A DNA stretch of 64,000 bases from an uncultured cyanobacterium (GCA_963706595.1 OY970166.1:3584001-3648000); one strand, 5' to 3'; counted from the stretch's first letter, positions 35,907 through 47,874 are shown. The notes: generated from the letters alone by a model not told the origin. Numbers and translations: made by a program.

Positions 35907-37661
35907 TCATTGATTAAACCACTCAACAACACCCTCAGCCAAAACCCTCGCTAACTTCCCTTGTTCCTGAGAATCCATCGCCAACTCAAAATCATCAGGG
36001 TTACTCATAAAACCCAACTCCAATAAAACCGATGGCGCAGAATGGGGACGAGTCAGCGCTAAATTATTCCAATACACCCCAAAAGAAGACCTACCCAAAT
36101 TTTGCACTAAGCGATTTTGCAATAACACCGCTAAACTATGCGCTTGGGGATGATACCAATAACTGCTAACTCCCTTGGTCTTTTCTGCATCGCCATCATC
36201 AGCCAAAAATCGATAATGAAAAGTCAGTGACATCGCAGGTTGATTTTGAGCTATCATTTTCTGACGTTCCACCAAAGACAAATCCCGGTCATCTTCCCTA
36301 GCCATTACCACTGTTGCACCTCGTCGCCGCAATTCATCCCGCAACAGTTTTGTAACTACCAAATTTAAATCTTTCGCTAAATATCCTGTTGGACCTGCTG
36401 CGCCTAATTCTTCACCACCATGTCCGGCGTTCAGCAGAATTTTTACCCCAGATAAAGGTTGTGGTTGTCTGCGGGAAATAACCGGAGAATGACGCAAACT
36501 CAAAACTAAGCTTGTATTTCGGTATTGCAGGTTATATCCCCACTGTTGGTCTTTTGTGAGGTTAAAAGTATATTGCACCTTGCCAGGAGCTATTTGCTGC
36601 CAATCTAGACGAGAAATTAAAGGGTTATCATCGAGGCGAATTGTGTCTGTTTGGGCAGTGGTGTTATGCAAAGTCAGGGTAAAAGTTTTATCCCCCTGTT
36701 CTATACTGACGGGGACAGGAACTTGCAGAGGAAAGACGATTTCTGTTGTTTTCGGTAATTCCCGCGAAATTATACTGCGAATCTTCGAGTGTGGTGGAAT
36801 TGCGCCTGGAATCATCCGAGTTTCTTGACGATGAATCCAGCCTCCGTAGTCTAAACGCAACCAATCACCTTCTTTACCTGTAACAGATGCTCTCACACCT
36901 TGGGGTAAAGGCGTTAACCGTGAATCAGTGGTACTTGGACCTGTGCGCGCCACACCAGCTTCGGCTATGATTTCGACTACTGGGAGTTTGGCTGGTAAAA
37001 GAGTTTGAATCTGACCAGAACTGAATTGAGTTATGGTTTGATTATTGAGAGTTAATTGAAATTCCGGTTTTCCCCCTGCTTCTAATCTTCCTAATGTCGT
37101 GCATCCCTGATATTTACCTGGGACAATTTGAGTAATAGGTTGATTTTTACCATCTATATATATGGCTGAATTACTGGGTAGAGATATTTGTTTTGGTTGC
37201 GGTGATAGTTTAACAGTTTGCTCTCCCAATCTTACGCTTAAATTAGCATTGGGAGAAGCTACGGCACTAAAACAAATTTCTTCTCCTGTTAAACGGGAAA
37301 TGTCAACTTTAGGAGTCAGGGAATCTTTGACAAAGGCTAATCCTTGGGGTATTTTTGGTTGAGAATCAACTCTAGTTACCAGCTTCTGAATTTCTTGATT
37401 TTGGTAACTTACAGTAAACAGATTTTCTCCCAACTGTAAGGGAAAGCTAGGGGCGAAATGTCCAGATTTACCGCGCTTAATGGGTTGATTATTTATTAAA
37501 ACTTGTCCCGTTGGTGGTGCAGTTCCCAGGAGGAATATTTTATCTGTATTAGTTTCGTGATTCGCTGGCGGATAAACCACTTTTAGCGTGTTTTCTTGCG
37601 CCCAAACTACAGTGGGAGTTGTCAGAGAACCGAGAATGATTAATCCTAAAAGCGATCGCAT
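35907..37661 (-). CDS. N-acetylmuramoyl-L-alanine amidase paralogue with degenerate Zn site
   Basis: Signal peptide, SH3-like domain, Amidase_3 domain; LNAGHGG, YLAKD and TFHYR versus LDPGHGG, YPEKE and SVHYN in the neighbour. Confidence 0.88.
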   Translation of the reverse strand: MRSLLGLIILGSLTTPTVVWAQENTLKVVYPPANHETNTDKIFLLGTAPPTGQVLINNQPIKRGKSGHFAPSFPLQLGENLFTVSYQNQEIQKLVTRVDSQPKIPQGLAFVKDSLTPKVDISRLTGEEICFSAVASPNANLSVRLGEQTVKLSPQPKQISLPSNSAIYIDGKNQPITQIVPGKYQGCTTLGRLEAGGKPEFQLTLNNQTITQFSSGQIQTLLPAKLPVVEIIAEAGVARTGPSTTDSRLTPLPQGVRASVTGKEGDWLRLDYGGWIHRQETRMIPGAIPPHSKIRSIISRELPKTTEIVFPLQVPVPVSIEQGDKTFTLTLHNTTAQTDTIRLDDNPLISRLDWQQIAPGKVQYTFNLTKDQQWGYNLQYRNTSLVLSLRHSPVISRRQPQPLSGVKILLNAGHGGEELGAAGPTGYLAKDLNLVVTKLLRDELRRRGATVVMAREDDRDLSLVERQKMIAQNQPAMSLTFHYRFLADDGDAEKTKGVSSYWYHPQAHSLAVLLQNRLVQNLGRSSFGVYWNNLALTRPHSAPSVLLELGFMSNPDDFELAMDSQEQGKLARVLAEGVVEWFNQ

Positions 37662-37759
37662 GATGGAAATGTTTTGGTGGGTAAACCTTCAAGGTGGGTT
37701 ACGACGATACAAACCTTTTCAAGAAAATATAATTGATCGCCGTCTAACCCACCCTACTT

Positions 37760-39562
37760 CTAAAGACTCGTTTTAAACCACTCTACAACACCCTCAGCCA
37801 AGGCTTTTGCTAATTTTTTCTGTTCTTGGGAATTTGTCAGCCATTCAAACTCTTCGGGGTTAATCATAAAACCCAACTCCAATAAAACTGATGGCGCAGA
37901 ATGGGGACGTGTGAGGGCGAGGTTGTTCCAAAATACGCCATAAGAAGGTCGATTTAGCTTTTTCACCAGATAATTCTGCATAAATATAGCTAAGTTATGA
38001 GCTTGGGGATGATACCAGAAAGTGCCGATTCCCTTGGTATTCTCCGCATCACCACTATCGGGTAAAGCATTGTAATGTACGGAAAGTGCGATCGCGGGTG
38101 CTTCTCTGTCTATCATGGCCATGCGATCGCCTAAAGAAACATCAATATCAGTCTCCCTCGTCATGACAACTGTCGCCCCTCGATTCACCAATTCATCGCG
38201 GAATAACTTGGATACAACTAAATTAACTTCTTTTTCTGGATATCCAGTCGGACCCACTGCACCAGATTCTTTGCCACCATGCCCAGGATCGAGTAGAATC
38301 TTAATACCAGATAGCGGTTTTCGTCTTTCCCCTCCCATTGTTGGCGGATGACGCAAAGCCAATACCAGGGTTGTATCTTCGTATCTCAGCTTATAACCCC
38401 ACTGTTGAGCATTTTTGAGGTTAAAAGTGTATTGAGCCTGACCTGGAACCACCTGCTGCCAATCTAGACGAGAAATTAAAGGGTCATCATCCAGGCGAAT
38501 TGTGTCTGTTTGGGCAGTAGTGTTGTAAAGTGTGAGAGTGAAATTATCATCGCTCTGTTGCACACTCACAGGTACTGGAACTTGTAGCGGAAAAACCATT
38601 TCCGTTGTACTAGGAAGCCGACGATATCCCACACTACGAATAGTTGTGCGTGGCGGAATCGCACCTGGTAAAACGCGAGTTTCCCGACTATTAATCCAAC
38701 CGCCATATTCCAGGCGCAACCATTCACCTTCGCGCCCTGTTACTGATGCTTGTGTGCCTTTGGGGAGTGGGGTGAGTCGGGAATAATCTGTACTAGGACC
38801 TGTCCGTGCTACCCCTGCATCTGCTACCACCTCCGCAACTTGTAAGTTTGCAGGTGAGAGAATTTGAATTTTGCCAATTCCTGATTTTGTTATAGTCTGG
38901 CCGTTAAGTGTTAGTTGAAATTCTGGTTTCCCCAAATCTCTACTCTGGGCAACAGAAATGATGTTATTACCAGAGGTAGGAGAAACAGGCTGTTCTACTG
39001 TAGTACAACCCTCATACTTTCCTGGGGTAAACTGGGCAGTAGGCTGGTTACTTCCTGTGAGGGCTGCCGAATTACTTGGTAGACTTACCTGCTGAGGTTG
39101 GGGTGCAAGAGAAATAGTTTGATTTGCCAGATTGACAGATACACTGGCATTAGGGGAAGCGATCGCACTAAAACAAATCAATTCTCCCGGTAGTCTGGCT
39201 ATGTCGGCTGCTGGAATCAGAGAATCTTGAGCAAAGCCTAACCCTAGCGGTAACTCAGGCTGTGTCCCCAGCCTTGTCACCTGAATTTCTCGTTCTTGGT
39301 TTTGATGACGTACAGTAAAGAGGTTTTCTCCCAACTGCAAAGGAAAACTCGGAGCAAAATGACCGGCTTGACTGCGGTTAATTGGCTTACCATTGATCAG
39401 AACCTGTCCATCAGGTGGTGCTGTGCCAATCAAGAAGATTTTTTCCGCCCTTGTCTGGTGGTTGTTTGGGGGATAAACAACTAAAAGTGATGATACTGCC
39501 AATGCGACTACAGAGGAGGTAACGATAAACCCTAATATTAGTAATCCTAGAAGTTTTTTCAC
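37760..39562 (-). CDS. N-acetylmuramoyl-L-alanine amidase (Amidase_3)
   Basis: DPGHGG, EKEVN, SVHYNA, LLELGF. GTG start at 39562 gives a signal peptide (MKKLLGLL...). Confidence 0.92.
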   Translation of the reverse strand: MKKLLGLLILGFIVTSSVVALAVSSLLVVYPPNNHQTRAEKIFLIGTAPPDGQVLINGKPINRSQAGHFAPSFPLQLGENLFTVRHQNQEREIQVTRLGTQPELPLGLGFAQDSLIPAADIARLPGELICFSAIASPNASVSVNLANQTISLAPQPQQVSLPSNSAALTGSNQPTAQFTPGKYEGCTTVEQPVSPTSGNNIISVAQSRDLGKPEFQLTLNGQTITKSGIGKIQILSPANLQVAEVVADAGVARTGPSTDYSRLTPLPKGTQASVTGREGEWLRLEYGGWINSRETRVLPGAIPPRTTIRSVGYRRLPSTTEMVFPLQVPVPVSVQQSDDNFTLTLYNTTAQTDTIRLDDDPLISRLDWQQVVPGQAQYTFNLKNAQQWGYKLRYEDTTLVLALRHPPTMGGERRKPLSGIKILLDPGHGGKESGAVGPTGYPEKEVNLVVSKLFRDELVNRGATVVMTRETDIDVSLGDRMAMIDREAPAIALSVHYNALPDSGDAENTKGIGTFWYHPQAHNLAIFMQNYLVKKLNRPSYGVFWNNLALTRPHSAPSVLLELGFMINPEEFEWLTNSQEQKKLAKALAEGVVEWFKTSL

Positions 39563-39622
39563 GATAACGGCACAAAAGTTTTTACCACAGTGACTGTGGC
39601 ACAATTACGGGATGTTTTTTGA

Positions 39623-41290
<1,668 letters not shown>

Positions 41291-41294
41291 ACAA

Positions 41295-41331
41295 TTCAAA
41301 ACTCAAGAAAATCAGTTTTTTGAGTTTTGAA
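41295..41331 (+). terminator. Hairpin after pyrG
   Basis: TTCAAAACTCAA / TTGAGTTTTGAA inverted repeat just after the stop; AT-rich and without a U-tract. Confidence 0.4.
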
Positions 41332-41423
41332 ACAGCCCATAGCAACATCCTTTTAGGACTTGAGGCTATTGTTAGTTATATGTTGGGTGCATCATTCTTA
41401 AAATTCAAACTCAAGGAGATGTT

Positions 41424-41846
41424 GTGGGGTACTGGGTGAAAATCCTTTACGATAGGAACAAATATATAGTTAACTTTGACCGTATTAATGCTTTTTCTTT
41501 TGAAAAAAACGGCAGGGTGACATTTTGGTTGCCTGATGGAGCTATTCCTATTGTCCTTAATCCGCAGAATAATTTACAAGAATATCAAAAAGTTTTAGAA
41601 TATATAGAATATGTTACAGGCTTAGAGTTGGAGCATTCTCAGTGGGTCAAAATTAATTATGACCAAAAAGAATATATAATTAATCTCACCTGTATTAGTT
41701 CTTTTTGTCAAGAAGCTAATGGCAGAATAACATTTTGGCTACCTGATGTTACTAGCCCTATTATTATTAACTCCGTCAGTCATCCCGAATCATATCAAAA
41801 AATCTTAAAATTTGTCCATAAATCAACCGGATATTCCTTGTATTAA
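41424..41846 (+). CDS. Hypothetical protein made of two ~70-aa repeats
   Basis: WVKI.YD...YI.N...I..F..E.NGR.TFWLPD occurs twice; AGGAG RBS before the GTG. Confidence 0.85.
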   Translation: MGYWVKILYDRNKYIVNFDRINAFSFEKNGRVTFWLPDGAIPIVLNPQNNLQEYQKVLEYIEYVTGLELEHSQWVKINYDQKEYIINLTCISSFCQEANGRITFWLPDVTSPIIINSVSHPESYQKILKFVHKSTGYSLY

Positions 41847-42150
41847 AAACTGGGAAGCGGGAATTCTTAAAGAGGCGATTAATTGCCTCTTTAACTGTAT
41901 TCATGCCGAGATGATCAAAGTTTTACTCCAACTAACCTTGAGTGTGATCAGCGATCAGGTTATTATCTGTATGTAGCTTGATTCGGGAAAATTACCATCA
42001 GTAGTAGATGTTTGCGGAATCGTGTCATATCCCCTTGATTACTTCATTAAACTTGGACAAACTCAAGCTTTAAGCCCCTGAAACAAATCACGGCTTTGAC
42101 AAGTTGGGGTGCAAGTGGAATCTTCCTGCTTATACTGTTGGAGAAATTAA

Positions 42151-43065
42151 ATGTTCCGTTCAAAAGTAACTAAAACTGCTACATTGCTTCTAGGCATTCT
42201 TACCTTTAGCTATATTTCTAATTTGTCAATCAATCAGCAAACCCTCAAACTGCAATCGGCGCAAGCTAGCAGTGGACACTGTGGACCAAATGACGATCCC
42301 GCCGGCACTGCTGCAACCAAGTTTTTCTTATTTCCTTATGGCAAAACCTTTGATCCTGGCTGTAAGCAACACGATATTTGTTATGCCACGTTGAAACAAA
42401 CAGGTAAAACCAAAGAACGCTGCGAAACAGAATTTCGCCAGAATCTCTACAAAGTTTGCGAAGATCGCTCTCTCTGGCAAAAAGTCAGTCAGGACTTGTT
42501 TGGTTCACTCACTAATCCAAAGCTATGGGGTGGAATTGCCATGACTGGCCCTTGTAAGCGTCAAGCCGATTACGCTTATTGGGCAGTGAGTCAATTTGGT
42601 CAAAAAGCCTTGGGGGAACAAGCTATTCACAGTTTAAAAGTTGTTGGCGTTAGGGCTAATCGCATTTATGATCGCTGGAGTGATGATGAACTTAAGGTAT
42701 GTGTCAAAGTCCGCAACGACGGCAACTTGGCCACAGAGTGGGATCTTGTATTGCTGGATAAAAAAGGCGCGATTGTAGATACTGAGCCGGACACCTACGA
42801 GCGTAATATCAAAGTAGGTCAAACCGACGAAGAATGTGTCAGCACTAGGGGAAGCAGGTATTCTATTTCCGATTTGGGAGCAAATGCCAAAGTAGTCGTG
42901 CGTATGGATGATCACCCAGGCGTGGCACCATTCACGATTTTGACGACAATCTCAGTGTCAACTGCACGCAAACGTGATCAATTCACACCTGTAGCCAACG
43001 ATCATCAGAGCCGAATGGACGGATACAAAAAGTTAGAGCAGATCAAGTCCCGGTCTAGCAGGTAG
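42151..43065 (+). CDS. Secreted protein with phospholipase A2-like domain and C-terminal beta-sandwich
   Basis: Signal peptide; CGP...F..GC..HD.CY...K..CE..F..NL...C...Y.AV..FG pattern; GGAG RBS. Confidence 0.7.
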   Translation: MFRSKVTKTATLLLGILTFSYISNLSINQQTLKLQSAQASSGHCGPNDDPAGTAATKFFLFPYGKTFDPGCKQHDICYATLKQTGKTKERCETEFRQNLYKVCEDRSLWQKVSQDLFGSLTNPKLWGGIAMTGPCKRQADYAYWAVSQFGQKALGEQAIHSLKVVGVRANRIYDRWSDDELKVCVKVRNDGNLATEWDLVLLDKKGAIVDTEPDTYERNIKVGQTDEECVSTRGSRYSISDLGANAKVVVRMDDHPGVAPFTILTTISVSTARKRDQFTPVANDHQSRMDGYKKLEQIKSRSSR

Positions 43066-43177
43066 CTTTATAATTAAAAATTTCCACAGATTTCGATTTA
43101 TATTCCAGGTAATTCTGGAAGGCGACTAAAATTGAAAGATAGGAGAATTTACCCAAAAATATTAAAGCTTGATTTCT

Positions 43178-44164
43178 ATGACTTGGTTGTTGCCGGCGCT
43201 GGGATTTCTGTTCACACTACTGATAGTCAGCATCGTCTTGTATCTCATCACTACTCGCCGTTATCAATCATCTAACTCCGTAGCCAATTCCTATGACCAA
43301 TGGACTGAAGACGGTATTTTGGAGTTTTATTGGGGCGAACATATCCACTTAGGTTATTATGGTTCGCCGCCACAAAAGCAGGATTTTCTCGCAGCTAAAT
43401 CCGACTTTGTGCATGAAATGGTGCGTTGGGGTGGTTTAGATGAATTACCCCGTGGTACTACCGTTTTAGATGTTGGCTGTGGAATTGGGGGTAGCAGTCG
43501 CATTTTAGCAGAGGATTACGGGTTTGCAGTCACAGGTATTACCATCAGCCCCCAACAAGTCCAACGCGCCCAGCAGTTAACTTCTGAGGAACTTGATGTG
43601 CAGTTCCTGGTGGATGATGCGATGGCACTTTCTTTCCCAGATGCTAGTTTTGATGTGGTTTGGTCGATTGAAGCTGGTCCACACATGCCAGATAAAGCCA
43701 TTTTTGCTAGAGAGTTGATGCGGGTGTTAAAACCCGGTGGAGTGCTGGTTTTAGCGGATTGGAATCAGAGAGATGACCGCCAAATTCCCCTAAATTTTTG
43801 GGAGAAACCCGTCATGAGGCAACTACTAGACCAGTGGTCTCATCCCGCTTTTTCCAGTATAGAAGGCTTTTCTGAGCTTTTGGCAGCGACGGGATTTGTC
43901 GAGGGGAAAGTGATAACCGCAGATTGGACTCAACAAACACTGCCTTCTTGGTTAGATTCTATCTGGCAAGGAGTGATTCGACCAGAGGGATTAGTGCGTT
44001 TTGGTTTATTTGGTTTGATTAAATCTCTCCGGGAAGTACCCACTCTCCTATTGATGCGGCTGGCATTCGGTACGGGACTCTGCCGATTTGGAATGTTTCG
44101 CGCTAAAAGAGCTAATTTATGGACAAAATCAACTCAGGAGACAGTTGCTGTGGAAACTGTTTAA
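43178..44164 (+). CDS. SAM-dependent methyltransferase, MPBQ/MSBQ (tocopherol/plastoquinone) type
   Basis: YWGEHIHLGYY, VLDVGCGIGGS, WSIEAGPHMPDK, N-terminal TM. Confidence 0.85.
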   Translation: MTWLLPALGFLFTLLIVSIVLYLITTRRYQSSNSVANSYDQWTEDGILEFYWGEHIHLGYYGSPPQKQDFLAAKSDFVHEMVRWGGLDELPRGTTVLDVGCGIGGSSRILAEDYGFAVTGITISPQQVQRAQQLTSEELDVQFLVDDAMALSFPDASFDVVWSIEAGPHMPDKAIFARELMRVLKPGGVLVLADWNQRDDRQIPLNFWEKPVMRQLLDQWSHPAFSSIEGFSELLAATGFVEGKVITADWTQQTLPSWLDSIWQGVIRPEGLVRFGLFGLIKSLREVPTLLLMRLAFGTGLCRFGMFRAKRANLWTKSTQETVAVETV

Positions 44165-44290
44165 AGTTTGTATAGCGGTTATCAGTTAAGTGATATACAA
44201 GAACCCCACCCCCAACCCCCAACCCGCAAGCGAGGAGGGGGCTATTGAAGGAGTGAGCTTCCCGCCGCATTTGGTGATTTGCATCACAAT

Positions 44291-45187
44291 TTAATGCCTC
44301 AAATGATGATGCCAAGCCAATTTTGCTGCACCCACCATTCCTGCTGAATTGCCTAATTTTGCTGGTAATATTTGTAAGCCTGTGCGAGATGTAGGCATGA
44401 CTCGCTGTTCAATTTCGGCTTTTAGGGCGGGGAAAAAATACTCAAAGCTTGCACTAATACCGCCACCCAGAATAATCGCTTCTGGGGTTAAGACGTAAAT
44501 TAAACTAGTTAAACCAATACCTAAGTTCTTACCATATTCTTGCCAAAAAGTCAATGCTTCTATGTCTCCATTTGCGGCGAGTGCGCCTAATTCGGCGGGT
44601 TCTTTGCCAGTGCGGCGACGAATTGCGGTGATGGAAGCATACTGTTCTAAAGAACCGGAATTGCCACTTTTACATCTAGGTCCGTCGGGGTTCAAGGTAA
44701 TTAAACCCAGTTCCCCGGCTGCGCCTTGATGTCCGACAAATAGTTTGCCATCGAAAATAATCGCACCACCCACACCAGTTCCCAAGGTCAACAAAATCAG
44801 ATTTTGAACGTGGCTACCAGCACCCAACCAAGCTTCTGCTAATCCTGCACAGTTAGCATCGTTGGCAATAACGGTGGGTTTTCCTGTTTTGGCTTCTAAC
44901 CAGTCTGCTAAAGGCACATTTTGCCATCCTGGTAAGTTGATGGCGATTTGGGCAATGCGTCCGGTTTTATCGGCTGGACCTGGAGTACCCACACCAATGG
45001 CTACAGCTTGATTATAGGGGTCAATTTGCGCGATCGCATCTACCATCACAGCTAGAACTGCTTCTGGTGTCGATGGTTGGGGAGTTGCTACAGTCAAAGA
45101 TTGTAAGCAAGTACCATCCGGGTTGAACCGTCCCAGCTTTATCGCTGTTCCCCCCACATCAATTCCAATTAATTGTGTATTAACCAC
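44291..45187 (-). CDS. ROK family sugar kinase (glucokinase-like)
   Basis: GIDVGGT, NDANCA, LGTGVGG, GELG, C..GN.G.LE, AGMVGAA. Confidence 0.93.
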   Translation of the reverse strand: MVNTQLIGIDVGGTAIKLGRFNPDGTCLQSLTVATPQPSTPEAVLAVMVDAIAQIDPYNQAVAIGVGTPGPADKTGRIAQIAINLPGWQNVPLADWLEAKTGKPTVIANDANCAGLAEAWLGAGSHVQNLILLTLGTGVGGAIIFDGKLFVGHQGAAGELGLITLNPDGPRCKSGNSGSLEQYASITAIRRRTGKEPAELGALAANGDIEALTFWQEYGKNLGIGLTSLIYVLTPEAIILGGGISASFEYFFPALKAEIEQRVMPTSRTGLQILPAKLGNSAGMVGAAKLAWHHHLRH

Positions 45188-45236
45188 CTGAAAAAATATA
45201 AGACAGACCTAACCGTTTCACTAAATCAAATACAGA

Positions 45237-45277
45237 ACCTCACCCCCAACCCCTCTCCTTATCAAGGAGAGGGGAGA
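45237..45277. repeat. Dispersed hairpin repeat ACCTCACCCCCA.CCCCTCTCCTT-NNN-AAGGAGAGGGG
   Basis: Intact copies here and near 50178-50219; the copy at 13228/14860 is interrupted by the IS. Confidence 0.85.
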
Positions 45278-45319
45278 ATACAAATGGTATTAGATTTTTT
45301 GGGTTTTGTTGCCCAAAAA

Positions 45320-45493
45320 TTATGATTTTTCAGTTTCTTTGACCATAACCTGTGAACTCGTCACCATTGCAGAATTAACACTCAATGGTAATTGCCAAGC
45401 TGTCATAGGAGTACCCCGTAACAAGCCGGACAAAGCAACGGATAACATAAACCCACCAGTAGCAGCCGCAATTAAAGAAATATTATCTTTCAC
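45320..45493 (-). CDS. Small single-TM hypothetical protein (57 aa), not in ORF track
   Basis: GTG start after purine-rich AGAGAGAG; MKDNISLIAAATGGFMLSVALSGLLRG...; co-oriented with both flanking genes. Confidence 0.6.
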   Translation of the reverse strand: MKDNISLIAAATGGFMLSVALSGLLRGTPMTAWQLPLSVNSAMVTSSQVMVKETEKS

Positions 45494-45621
45494 TCTACTC
45501 TCTCTGTAATAACTTCAAAGATATTTAGACGCAAAAACAGCAATTTAGATGCAATTAATGGCGAGTCTCAATCACCCACCATACACCTTGATAACTGATA
45601 ATTGATAACTGATAACTGAAT

Positions 45622-46518
45622 TTATTTCCGCATTCTATTCTCGCGCCGTAATCGAGGATTGACAAATTCATTTAACCCCTCACCCAGTAATGATAACCCT
45701 ACTACCATCAATGTCATTGCTAAACCAGGAAACAAGGTTGTCCACCAAATGCCTGTGGGTAAGGCTTCTAGGGCTTGTCTGAGGTCGTGTCCCCATTCTG
45801 GCACTTCTTCGGGAAGTCCTAGCCCCAAAAAGCCTAAACCGCCTAAGACTAAAATTGCATCGGCGGCATTCAGGGTAAATAATACGGGTACACTTTGAAT
45901 GACGTTAAAAAATAGATAGCGAGATAGTACCACCCAAGTAGAAGCACCCATGGCTTGAGCCGCTTCAATAAATACTTCTGTTTTGACGCTTACCGTGTGA
46001 TTACGGACAACGCGATAATATTGGGGAACGTAGGCAATGCTAATGGCGATCGCCGCATTGAAAATTCCCCGCCCTACCACAAAAGCCAGTGTCACTGACA
46101 GCAGCAGCCCTGGTAAGGTGTAGATACTGTCCATGAGAAACAGCAACAGCTTATCTAATTTACCGCCTAAATATCCACTCACCATTCCCAACGGCACACC
46201 AATAAACATACTCAAGGCTGTAGCTAAAATGACTACTTGTAGTGCAGCCTGAACACCAAACAATGTGCGAGAAAATACATCATGTCCCAGGCGACTTGTG
46301 CCAAACCAATATTTAGCTGATGGTGGTTCTTGAATGGGGTTAGATAGGAACTCTCTGGGGTTTTGCAGCCATCCCCAAGCTTGAAACACGGGAGCGAAGA
46401 AGGCTAGGAAGAGGAAAAATAGGGTAATGGCTATCCCAATTAGCATTAATTTTTGGGAAAGGTTGGGATTTTGAGCAAAACGTAAAAATGTCGGTAGCTG
46501 ACGTTTAGTCATGGCCAT
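45622..46518 (-). CDS. Peptide/nickel ABC transporter permease (DppC/OppC family)
   Basis: PPS..YWFGT..LGHDVFSR, EAA loop FIEAAQAMGAS, LGFLGLG...PEWG. Confidence 0.93.
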   Translation of the reverse strand: MAMTKRQLPTFLRFAQNPNLSQKLMLIGIAITLFFLFLAFFAPVFQAWGWLQNPREFLSNPIQEPPSAKYWFGTSRLGHDVFSRTLFGVQAALQVVILATALSMFIGVPLGMVSGYLGGKLDKLLLFLMDSIYTLPGLLLSVTLAFVVGRGIFNAAIAISIAYVPQYYRVVRNHTVSVKTEVFIEAAQAMGASTWVVLSRYLFFNVIQSVPVLFTLNAADAILVLGGLGFLGLGLPEEVPEWGHDLRQALEALPTGIWWTTLFPGLAMTLMVVGLSLLGEGLNEFVNPRLRRENRMRK

Positions 46519-46660
46519 GAGCGATCGCCTAAAGCAAGATACCATTCTACACAGTCAGTCCATATTGCCATACCTTTGGTGAAAGTGGCGATCGCCTCAG
46601 TTGTTTTCTGAACTCAAGCGGCTGTAATATTAGCATCAGAAGATTCTGGGAATAAATTCT

Positions 46661-47500
46661 ATGCAAATTAGCCTGAAAACAAGGATCTTGAACTACTTTC
46701 AGTCCCTAAAAACATATCGTTGCTTAAAGACAGATAGGTTTTATTGGTTACTTCTATTTTCATCTACATTGTTACTCAGTACCTCTGATACAGTGGTAGC
46801 AATTGTAGCGCCTCAACAAATTGCCCAAGTCATTCCCAGGGCTAGTATTAACCGTCCTACCCTCAAACTTGGTAGTCAAGGAGAAAGAGTATCAGAACTT
46901 CAAGCAGCTTTAAAACTTTTGGGCTTTTATTCAGGTGCAGTGGATGGTATCTACAAAGAAGACACAGCCAGCGCTGTTTCTCGGTTCAAGCAAGCAGTTA
47001 ATTTGAATCCAGATGGGATTGTTGATGCTAGCACTTGGCAACGACTATTCCCCACAGAGCCAATAATTACTCCAAATATCTCTTCGCCTAACCCGCCTTC
47101 TAACTTGACCTCAAGTTTTCCTGTTCCCACCCAAACCACCCAAACTCCAAGGGTTACGAGTCCTCAACCTCAACCAAGACCAACTCCAAGGGCTACAAGT
47201 CCTCAACCCCAGCCAAGACCGACCTCGCCGCCCTCCAGACCATCCACTACACCTGCTGGACAAATCCCTGGTGTTCAATATACCTCCCAAGGATTGCCGA
47301 TTTTACGTTTAGGAATGTTTAATGCGGAAGTGAGAAAGCTGCAAGAACGACTCAAACAGCTTGGTTTTCTGACTGGTAATGTAGATGGAGATTTTGGACT
47401 GATGACTGAAGCAGCAGTCAAAGCTGCACAACAGCGCTATGGTTTAGAGGCTGACGGTGTAGTTGGTGGTGCTACCTGGGAAGCATTAGGACGAAGATAG
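46661..47500 (+). CDS. Peptidoglycan-binding protein (two PG_binding_1 domains, Pro-rich linker)
   Basis: L.LG..G..V..LQ..L..LGF..G.VDG....T..AV..F/AQ.....DG.V...TW occurs twice. Confidence 0.9.
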   Translation: MQISLKTRILNYFQSLKTYRCLKTDRFYWLLLFSSTLLLSTSDTVVAIVAPQQIAQVIPRASINRPTLKLGSQGERVSELQAALKLLGFYSGAVDGIYKEDTASAVSRFKQAVNLNPDGIVDASTWQRLFPTEPIITPNISSPNPPSNLTSSFPVPTQTTQTPRVTSPQPQPRPTPRATSPQPQPRPTSPPSRPSTTPAGQIPGVQYTSQGLPILRLGMFNAEVRKLQERLKQLGFLTGNVDGDFGLMTEAAVKAAQQRYGLEADGVVGGATWEALGRR

Positions 47501-47520
47501 CTAATTTCTCCAAAAAACTG

Positions 47521-47874
47521 ATGAAACACTTTTTGCTAACTTGGCTGGGTACTGCGGTGGCTTTGCTGATTACCGCTAACGTTGTTCCTGGATTTTTTGT
47601 CAGGGATTTTGTCGCTGCTTTAGTCGCTGTAGCAATTATTGGCTTGGTAAATGCGTTTATTCGCCCAATTTTCAGCATTTTAGCGTTTCCAATTACCTTA
47701 ATTACCTTTGGTTTATTTACATTTGTCATCAATGCTTTAACTCTTTGGCTAGCAAGTAACCTCACTCCTGGTTACGGTTTTGAAATTCAAGGATTCTTAC
47801 CTGCCTTAGTGGGTTCAATTGTGCTAACAATTGTTTCTAGTCTAATTAGCTATTTTCTCAAAGTTATTTTGTAA
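47521..47874 (+). CDS. YvlD-like 4-TM membrane protein (phage holin_4_2 family)
   Basis: GLVNAFIRPI..IL.FP...ITFGLF.FVINA. Confidence 0.9.
   Translation: MKHFLLTWLGTAVALLITANVVPGFFVRDFVAALVAVAIIGLVNAFIRPIFSILAFPITLITFGLFTFVINALTLWLASNLTPGYGFEIQGFLPALVGSIVLTIVSSLISYFLKVIL

Noticed and set aside
45306..45509. 67-aa plus-strand ORF
   Set aside because: TTG start, no RBS, antisense to a more plausible minus-strand microprotein.
47521..47874. Prophage lysis cassette (holin plus PG-binding protein)
   Set aside because: YvlD-like proteins are common chromosomal genes, the PG-binding protein lacks a catalytic domain, and there are no phage structural genes or integrase.
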